Shown here piece after piece: positions 58,034-64,000 of a DNA stretch of 64,000 nt. The stretch's first letter is position 1, and each line of letters starts with the position of its first letter. The position numbers were made by a program, and so were the translations under genes. Under the pieces are notes generated by a model that saw only the letters and a list, made by a program, of their open reading frames with translations, had not been told where the DNA came from and ran no database searches. The stretch comes from an uncultured Marinoscillum sp. (GTDB lineage: Bacteria > Bacteroidota > Bacteroidia > Cytophagales > MED-G16), in contig CACPHX010000001.1 in the NCBI GenBank assembly GCA_902633975.1, positions 46,572 to 110,571 on the forward strand, read 5' to 3'.

Positions 58034-58110
58034 TTAATCAAAGGTGCCAAATAAGTGCCAAGATTTTATATCTTTATACGTAAGTAAAGTGCAAGCATTG
58101 TAAGAAAAAA

Positions 58111-58186
58111 GGGTGGAAGACCGGACTCGAACCGGCGACCTCCTGAACCACAATCAGGCGTTCTAACCAACTGAACTACAACCACC
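58111..58186 (-). tRNA. tRNA-His (anticodon GTG) with encoded G-1; acceptor stem carries two adjacent U-U mismatches
   Basis: Hand fold of the reverse complement: G-1, GTGGTTG, TA, D stem GTTC/GAAC, anticodon stem CCTGA/TCAGG, loop TTGTGGT, T stem GCCGG/CCGGT, loop TTCGAGT, 3' acceptor CTTCCAC, discriminator C. Confidence 0.8.
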
Positions 58187-58239
58187 ATTTTGATTCAGCA
58201 AATCTAGAATAATGTTCTAACTAAGACAAATTAAATTAT

Positions 58240-59577
58240 TTAATCTCTATCGAACTCAAGTCTCATAGAGTCTGGGTCACCATTTAACTTCCCGTCTTTA
58301 AGTATATGATTTCCTGAAACAAAAGTGTGGATTACTTTCGAATTAAAAGTTTCATTTTTTAGCGGACTCCAACCACACTTTGAATATATGCTTTCACCTG
58401 ATACATCTGTTTTTGAATTTAGATCAAAAAGTACCAGGTCTGCAAAGTATCCTTCTTTTATGTAACCTCTATCCTTAATCTGGAATAGCTCAGCTAAATT
58501 GTGAGATGTCTTTTGCACTATCTCTTCAATCTTAATTTTTCCTTTTAAACTCATTTCAAGAAGAAGAGGTAATGAAAATTGTATCAGCGGCCCGCCCGAA
58601 GGTGCATTTAAATAATTATTGGATTTTTCTTCAATGGTATGTGGTGCATGATCTGTTGCAATTACGTCAATAAAATTATTTTTAACAGCATCTATTATTG
58701 CATCCCTATCCTCATTACTCTTGATCGCTGGATTCCATTTAATTAGACTCCCAAGGTCTTGATAGTCCTCATCTGTGAACCATAGGTGGTGAAGACATGC
58801 CTCACTAGTTATTCTTTTTTCAGATAATGGAATATTTTCAAATAGCTCAATTTCTTCTTTAGTTGATATGTGAAGGACGTGAAGTCTAGATCCATGTTCT
58901 TTGGCAAGCTCAATTGCTCTTGAGGAAGATTTGTAGCAAGCCTCTCTTGATCTAATTCTTGGATGCTCTTCTATTGGTATATTTTCTCCATATCTTTCTA
59001 CGGCTTTTCTAAGGTTTTCTTGAACTGTTATCTCATCTTCACAGTGAGTGGTTATAATAACTTCAGAGTTTTTAAATATTTCATTTAAAGCTTTCTCATT
59101 ATCTACCAGCATATTTCCAGTTGAGGATCCCATAAATATTTTTAAACCGCAAACTTTTTTCTTATCTAATTTATTTAGCTCGTGCATATTATTATTTGTT
59201 GCGCCTAGATAAAAAGAATAATTGGCAAATGATTTTCTTTTTGCTATGTCGTATTTTTTTTCAAGTTCGTGGATGGTTGTTGCTTTTGGGATAGTATTGG
59301 GCATCTCCATGTATGTAGTAACACCTCCAGCAACAGCTGCCATGGATTCAGTAAATATTTCAGCTTTGTGAGTAAGACCAGGTTCTCTGAAGTGTACCTG
59401 ATCATCAATCAGTCCGGGGATTAAAAATAAACCTTCAGCTTCAATGGTATCGTGATATTCATCGGTACTAATATTTCTATCAATTTTTTCTATCTTTTTA
59501 CCTCTAATTAAGACATCTGAAATTGTTCTAGAATTTTCGTTAATGATCGTAGCATTTTTAATAAGAATAGTGGACAT
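58240..59577 (-). CDS. pyrC: Dihydroorotase (cyclic amidohydrolase family)
   Basis: DDQVHFREPG metal-binding motif and ATDHAPHT; 445 aa. Confidence 0.8.
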   Translation of the reverse strand: MSTILIKNATIINENSRTISDVLIRGKKIEKIDRNISTDEYHDTIEAEGLFLIPGLIDDQVHFREPGLTHKAEIFTESMAAVAGGVTTYMEMPNTIPKATTIHELEKKYDIAKRKSFANYSFYLGATNNNMHELNKLDKKKVCGLKIFMGSSTGNMLVDNEKALNEIFKNSEVIITTHCEDEITVQENLRKAVERYGENIPIEEHPRIRSREACYKSSSRAIELAKEHGSRLHVLHISTKEEIELFENIPLSEKRITSEACLHHLWFTDEDYQDLGSLIKWNPAIKSNEDRDAIIDAVKNNFIDVIATDHAPHTIEEKSNNYLNAPSGGPLIQFSLPLLLEMSLKGKIKIEEIVQKTSHNLAELFQIKDRGYIKEGYFADLVLFDLNSKTDVSGESIYSKCGWSPLKNETFNSKVIHTFVSGNHILKDGKLNGDPDSMRLEFDRD

Positions 59578-59697
59578 TTTTAATATCTCTTTGATGCAAA
59601 TTTAATTTTTTAGAATTAATCTATTTTCTTTAATTCAATCTATTTTCTTTTTAAACTTCTTGTATACATTTGCGTATATTTTTTCATCAATAATATT

Positions 59698-62574
59698 ATG
59701 AATATTTCATTATTTAATTCTGACCAATTCTCTAAAAGACACAACTCTATCACACCTAAAGAAGAACAGGAAATCCTTGAGCAGATTGGATTTAATTCTG
59801 TTGATAGCTTGATAGATAAAACCATTCCGGACTCAATTAAATTAAATGAACAGATGTCTCTTGATGAGCCTAAGACAGAGACAGAGTTTCTAAAGTCCTT
59901 CAAGAGCTTAGTTGGCAGAAATAAAAATTTCAGGAGCTTCATCGGAATGGGATATTATGATACCATCACTCCCTCAGTAATAAAAAGAAATATTTTGGAG
60001 AATCCTGGTTGGTATACTGCATATACTCCTTATCAGGCTGAGATAGCTCAAGGAAGATTAGAAGCACTGATTAATTATCAGACTATGGTAACTGATCTTA
60101 CAGGCATGGATTTGGCAAATGCATCTCTTCTTGATGAGGGAACAGCCGCTTCTGAGGCGATGACTATGTTCTATAGGGTAAGGAAAGGTTCCAAAAAATC
60201 ATCAAGTAAATTTTTTGTCTCTAATAAGACATATCCACAGACCGTAGAGTTATTAAAAACAAGATCCGTTCCTCTGGGTATTGAGCTTGTTATAGATGAC
60301 GTAAGTAATTTCGATTATTCCGATGACTTTTTTGGTGCATTAATTCAGTACCCTGATTCTGATGGAAATATTGAGAGTCCTTCCTCACTTATTGAAAAAT
60401 GTAATGAGAAAAATATTTTTACATGTGTGTGTTCTGATTTGATGAGCTTAGTCCTATTTAAACCGCCTGGTGAGTTTGGAGCCTCAGCTGTAGTAGGTAA
60501 TTCACAAAGATTTGGTGTACCGATGGGATTCGGTGGCCCTCATGCTGCTTTCTTTGCAACTAAAGAAGAATTCAAGAGACATATTCCTGGGAGAATTATT
60601 GGAGTTAGTATTGATAAGTCCGGAAATCCAGCATATAGGATGGCTCTTCAGACGAGAGAACAACATATTAAGAGAGATAGAGCAACCTCAAATATTTGTA
60701 CTGCACAAGTCCTCCTTGCAGTCATGGCTGGTATGTACACAGTTTTTCATGGAAGGCAGGGTCTGTTAAATATTGCTAAAAAAATTAACCACCTCACAAA
60801 AACTCTAGAGACTGGATTGCAAAAGCTAGGCTTTAATCAGGTGAATGCAACTTTTTTTGATACACTAAAAGTTGAAATTGACGATAAGGATAAAAAGATT
60901 CTAAAGAAATTATCAGAGCATGCTAAAATTAATTTTAGATATTTCGAATCAAATCACATTGGTATCTCCCTTGATGAAACGAAGAGTCATAAAGATGTTT
61001 TTGATGTATTAGAAATATTCTCTGAACTGTCAAACAAAAACTTAGAGATTGATCTAGATTCTCTAGAAAATTATAATCATGAAGAAAATCAAAACTTAAT
61101 CAGAAAATCAACCTTTCTAGAGCATGAGGTATTTAATAAATACCAGACAGAACATGAGATATTAAGGTACATGAAAAGACTTGAGAATAAGGATTTATCT
61201 TTAGTTCACTCCATGATCTCATTAGGTTCTTGTACAATGAAGCTTAACTCTACCACTGAAATGATTCCAGTAACTTGGGAAGAGATGAACCTTCATCCTT
61301 TTGTCCCAATAGACCAGTCTGAGGGCTACGAAAAAATGATTAAAGATTTAAATATATGGTTGTCAGAAATCACAGGTTTCTCATCTCTATCTTTCCAACC
61401 AAACTCTGGTGCTCAAGGTGAGTACACTGGTCTTATGGTAATAAGAGCTTATCATTTAGATAATGGAAATGATCAGAGAGATATTGCCCTAATTCCATCT
61501 TCAGCACACGGAACCAATCCCGCCTCTGCAATAATGGCAGGTATGAAAGTTGTAGTAATTCAATGCGATAAGCATGGAAATATTGATATAGATGATTTAA
61601 CAGAAAAGTGTGAACAATATTCTGAAAACTTAAGTTGTCTAATGATAACCTATCCATCCACTCACGGAGTTTTTGAGGATCATATTGTTGAGGTCTGTAA
61701 ACTGATTCACGATAATGGTGGTCTTGTCTACATGGATGGTGCTAATATGAATGCCCAAGTTGGTTTAACTAATCCTCAGAAAATTGGTGCTGATGTCTGC
61801 CACCTTAACCTTCATAAGACATTTTGTATTCCACACGGAGGAGGTGGTCCAGGAATGGGACCAATAGGAGTTGTTGAGAAGTTAGTTAAGTATTTACCAA
61901 GAAATATTTTTGCCGACTACGATGAAAAGACTATAACACCAGTTTCAAGTGCACCCTACGGCAGCGCCAGTATTCTTGCAATTTCCTATGCTTATATATC
62001 TATGATGGGAGCCAAAGGTTTAACAGATGCAACAAAAACAGCAATATTAAATGCAAACTATATAAGGTCAAGACTTGAAAATCATTACTCAATATTATAT
62101 AAAGGTGTTAATGGAACTAGTGCTCATGAGTTCATTATTGATTGTAGGGAATTCAAAGTAGAGTTAGATATTGAGGTAGAAGACATTGCAAAAAGACTAA
62201 TGGATTATGGATACCACGCACCAACTGTGTCCTTTCCAGTCCCTGGTACCATGATGATTGAACCTACTGAGAGTGAAAATAAAGCTGAGCTTGATAGATT
62301 TTGTGATGCCATGATTGAAATTAGGAAAGAAATTGAGGAAGTAAGAAATGGAACATATGAAAGAGATAATAATGTGCTTAAAAACGCACCTCATACTTTA
62401 GCATCAGTAACCTCATCATCTTGGTTGTATACATATACTAGAGAAAAGGCTGCCTTTCCTTTAAGTTTTGTTGCTCAAAATAAATTCTGGCCTTCAGTCA
62501 GTAGAGTTGATAATGCTCATGGCGACAGAAATCTATTTTGTAGCTGTATACCTGTTGAGGAATATTCTGAGTAG
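59698..62574 (+). CDS. gcvP: Glycine dehydrogenase (decarboxylating), glycine cleavage system P protein
   Basis: 958 aa single-chain P protein. The PLP-lysine region is CHLNLHKTFCIPHGGGGPG. Confidence 0.95.
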   Translation: MNISLFNSDQFSKRHNSITPKEEQEILEQIGFNSVDSLIDKTIPDSIKLNEQMSLDEPKTETEFLKSFKSLVGRNKNFRSFIGMGYYDTITPSVIKRNILENPGWYTAYTPYQAEIAQGRLEALINYQTMVTDLTGMDLANASLLDEGTAASEAMTMFYRVRKGSKKSSSKFFVSNKTYPQTVELLKTRSVPLGIELVIDDVSNFDYSDDFFGALIQYPDSDGNIESPSSLIEKCNEKNIFTCVCSDLMSLVLFKPPGEFGASAVVGNSQRFGVPMGFGGPHAAFFATKEEFKRHIPGRIIGVSIDKSGNPAYRMALQTREQHIKRDRATSNICTAQVLLAVMAGMYTVFHGRQGLLNIAKKINHLTKTLETGLQKLGFNQVNATFFDTLKVEIDDKDKKILKKLSEHAKINFRYFESNHIGISLDETKSHKDVFDVLEIFSELSNKNLEIDLDSLENYNHEENQNLIRKSTFLEHEVFNKYQTEHEILRYMKRLENKDLSLVHSMISLGSCTMKLNSTTEMIPVTWEEMNLHPFVPIDQSEGYEKMIKDLNIWLSEITGFSSLSFQPNSGAQGEYTGLMVIRAYHLDNGNDQRDIALIPSSAHGTNPASAIMAGMKVVVIQCDKHGNIDIDDLTEKCEQYSENLSCLMITYPSTHGVFEDHIVEVCKLIHDNGGLVYMDGANMNAQVGLTNPQKIGADVCHLNLHKTFCIPHGGGGPGMGPIGVVEKLVKYLPRNIFADYDEKTITPVSSAPYGSASILAISYAYISMMGAKGLTDATKTAILNANYIRSRLENHYSILYKGVNGTSAHEFIIDCREFKVELDIEVEDIAKRLMDYGYHAPTVSFPVPGTMMIEPTESENKAELDRFCDAMIEIRKEIEEVRNGTYERDNNVLKNAPHTLASVTSSSWLYTYTREKAAFPLSFVAQNKFWPSVSRVDNAHGDRNLFCSCIPVEEYSE

Positions 62575-62598
62575 GTCCTTTTAAATATTTTCTTATTT

Positions 62599-63738
62599 TT
62601 GGGTATGGAATATCTTCTTCTTTTAATTGGTCTCCTCCTTCTTGCCGGGTTATCATTCATTATATATAAAATGAATACTGATGATTCTGATAAGACTATT
62701 GACTCAACAGAGGAGTTAGATAAAATTAAAGAGATCTTAGGTTTAGAATTCAAGAATCTAGCAAATGAGATTTTTGATGAAAAGACAAAAAAAATTACAG
62801 ATCTAAACAAAGAAAACATCTCAAGTATCTTGAATCCACTGAGAGAAAATATTGAAAGGTTTGAAAGGAAAGTAGAGACGTCAAATAAAGATGCCTTGGA
62901 ATTTAATGCAATATTAAAGTCTGAAATTAATCATCTCAAGAGCGAGACGCTCAAGATGAGAGATGATGCTAATAATCTAGCAAATGCTCTTAGGGGTGAG
63001 AGTAAAACCCAAGGTAACTGGGGGGAACAGCAAATGGAAACAATATTAAATGCTGCAGGTTTAGAGAGAAATATTCACTATGAAAAAGAGAAAAATATTA
63101 AAACAGAAAATTTAGACAACCAAAGGCTAGATTATATTGTAAAGCTTCCTGGAGATAAGTGTATTGTAATTGACTCTAAGGTTTCATTGGTAGCATATGT
63201 AAATTACTATAATGCAGAGAATGATGAGGAGAAAAAAATTCATCTGAAAGAACACTTAAAAAGTATTAATAATCATATCACTACCTTATCAAATAAAAAT
63301 TATCAGGATTTGGACATTAATCAACCTGACTATGTTTTAATGTTTATGGCAAATGAACCTGCATTTAAGCTTGCTGTTTTGGAAGACGTAAGTATATACA
63401 ATAAGGCAATTGATAAAAATATTGTTATGGTTACAAATTCTACCTTGTTTGCTACATTAAAAACAGTTGCATATATGTGGAAACAAGATAAGGCAAATAA
63501 AAATGCAATTGAAATAGCCCGACAAGCCGGATCCCTATATGATAAATTCCAGTCTTTTTCTGAGGATTTAATAAAGGTTGGTAATAATTTAAATACAACA
63601 AAGAATACTTATGAAGATGCAATGAAAAAATTAACTGATGGTAAAGATAATTTAGTTAGAAAGACAGAGAGGTTGAGAGAGTTAGGGGCAAAGACAAGTA
63701 AAAAGATTAATCCAAAATTAGTTGATAGATCAAAATAG
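62599..63738 (+). CDS. rmuC: DNA recombination protein RmuC
   Basis: N-terminal TM, long coiled coil, C-terminal RmuC nuclease-like domain (...VIDSKVSL.AY... MFMANEPAF...). Confidence 0.88.
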   Translation: MGMEYLLLLIGLLLLAGLSFIIYKMNTDDSDKTIDSTEELDKIKEILGLEFKNLANEIFDEKTKKITDLNKENISSILNPLRENIERFERKVETSNKDALEFNAILKSEINHLKSETLKMRDDANNLANALRGESKTQGNWGEQQMETILNAAGLERNIHYEKEKNIKTENLDNQRLDYIVKLPGDKCIVIDSKVSLVAYVNYYNAENDEEKKIHLKEHLKSINNHITTLSNKNYQDLDINQPDYVLMFMANEPAFKLAVLEDVSIYNKAIDKNIVMVTNSTLFATLKTVAYMWKQDKANKNAIEIARQAGSLYDKFQSFSEDLIKVGNNLNTTKNTYEDAMKKLTDGKDNLVRKTERLRELGAKTSKKINPKLVDRSK

Positions 63739-63743
63739 TTATT

Positions 63744-64000
63744 ATGGAAAAAAATGTGAATTCACTCGATAAAATAAATGTTGTTGGTGACAGGGTTCTT
63801 GTTAAACCTAGAAAAGAATCAGAGAGATCCGAGAGCGGATTATATTTACCACCAGGAGTAAAGGAGAAAGAAAAAATTCAGTATGGATATATTGTTAAAT
63901 CTGGTCCCGGCTATCCAATACCTCTTCCTATGGATAATGATGAACCATGGAAATCTGAGGATGAAAAAGTTAAGTACGTACCCCTTCAAGTAAAGGAGGG
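63744..64000 (+). CDS. GroES/Cpn10-family protein, partial (runs off the window end)
   Basis: Hand translation from the ATG at 63744 gives MEKNVNSLDKINVVGDRVLVKPRKESERSESGLYLPPGVKEKEKIQYGYIVKSGPGYP... It shows the GDRVLVKP and mobile-loop-like SGLYLP pattern of Cpn10. It is not in the ORF track because there is no stop in the window. Confidence 0.5.
   Translation, partial: MEKNVNSLDKINVVGDRVLVKPRKESERSESGLYLPPGVKEKEKIQYGYIVKSGPGYPIPLPMDNDEPWKSEDEKVKYVPLQVKE

Larger units (their letters stand above)
56128..58110. mobile_element. Two tandem tRNA-His-associated micro-islets (about 0.77 kb and about 1.17 kb) bounded by tRNA 3'-half direct repeats; no integrase present
   Basis: The layout is: direct repeat A (56128-56176), CAP pseudogene, repeat B (56877-56944), 3-gene cassette, then the intact tRNA-His (58111-58186). 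Confidence 0.35.

Noticed and set aside
58044-58061. Sigma-54-like promoter on the minus strand (TGGCAC-N5-TGGCA) pointing antisense into the XRE gene
   Set aside because: The -12 element deviates from TTGC(A/T). The paralogous arm carries an unrelated direct repeat at the same position, and there is no plausible downstream gene. It is better explained as a direct-repeat protein-binding site.
59578-59697. Glycine riboswitch upstream of gcvP
   Set aside because: The spacer is about 120 nt of almost pure A/T with no conserved GGAGAG/CACCG-type cores or stable helices.
59640-59942. 100-aa ORF antisense to the gcvP 5' end, and the similar ORF 62517..62819 antisense to the gcvP/rmuC junction
   Set aside because: These are shadow ORFs overlapping strongly supported genes. 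They have low-complexity composition and no motifs.
1-64000. CRISPR arrays, rRNA operons, transposases/IS elements, prophage structural genes
   Set aside because: I saw no regularly spaced repeat-spacer array, no rRNA-like sequence and no transposase or phage-like ORF on either strand. The only repeat families seen are those reported above.

Overview
This is a visibly AT-rich, gene-dense chromosomal segment with short spacers and many start/stop overlaps. I infer a streamlined Flavobacteriia (Bacteroidota) genome. That inference rests on the skp-bamA-uppS-beta-barrel-nadK gene order, a long-form NusB, DUF1573/DUF4293-type genes, and several exact TTTG-N19-TAnnTTTG promoter motifs; no search was run. 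Most of the window is housekeeping: bamA, uppS, nadK, pdxJ, rpsU, dld, infB-nusA, cysS, aroC, queG, ruvB, nrdAB, rplU-rpmA, rnr, lipB, htpG, truA, two ABC exporters, nusB, yajC, coaE, pyrC, gcvP and rmuC. I found two tRNAs (Phe-GAA and His-GTG) and no rRNA, CRISPR array or transposase. The accessory part is about 53.1-58.2 kb, abutting tRNA-His. The main findings are: (1) An unannotated 21-codon ORF with 8 cysteines (MNCDCKVCDCKESCSCSCCDY) lies 28 nt upstream of a MerC-family membrane protein. I read this as a candidate minimal metallothionein-like metal-handling pair. (2) Three tandem direct copies of the tRNA-His 3' half delimit two integrase-less micro-islets. One carries a frameshifted CAP-domain gene and the other a MotA/ExbB-like + 4-TM + XRE cassette with its own promoter and operator. 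(3) A GATTAATCAA-type palindrome recurs at the cassette boundaries. (4) Outside the accessory patch, BamA carries a 46-residue pure Gly/Tyr tract (30 G, 16 Y), encoded by a slippage-prone repeat in a predicted surface loop. (5) nusA lacks rimP and has an intrinsic-terminator-like hairpin in its leader. All functional calls come from motifs read in the supplied translations or from hand translation.
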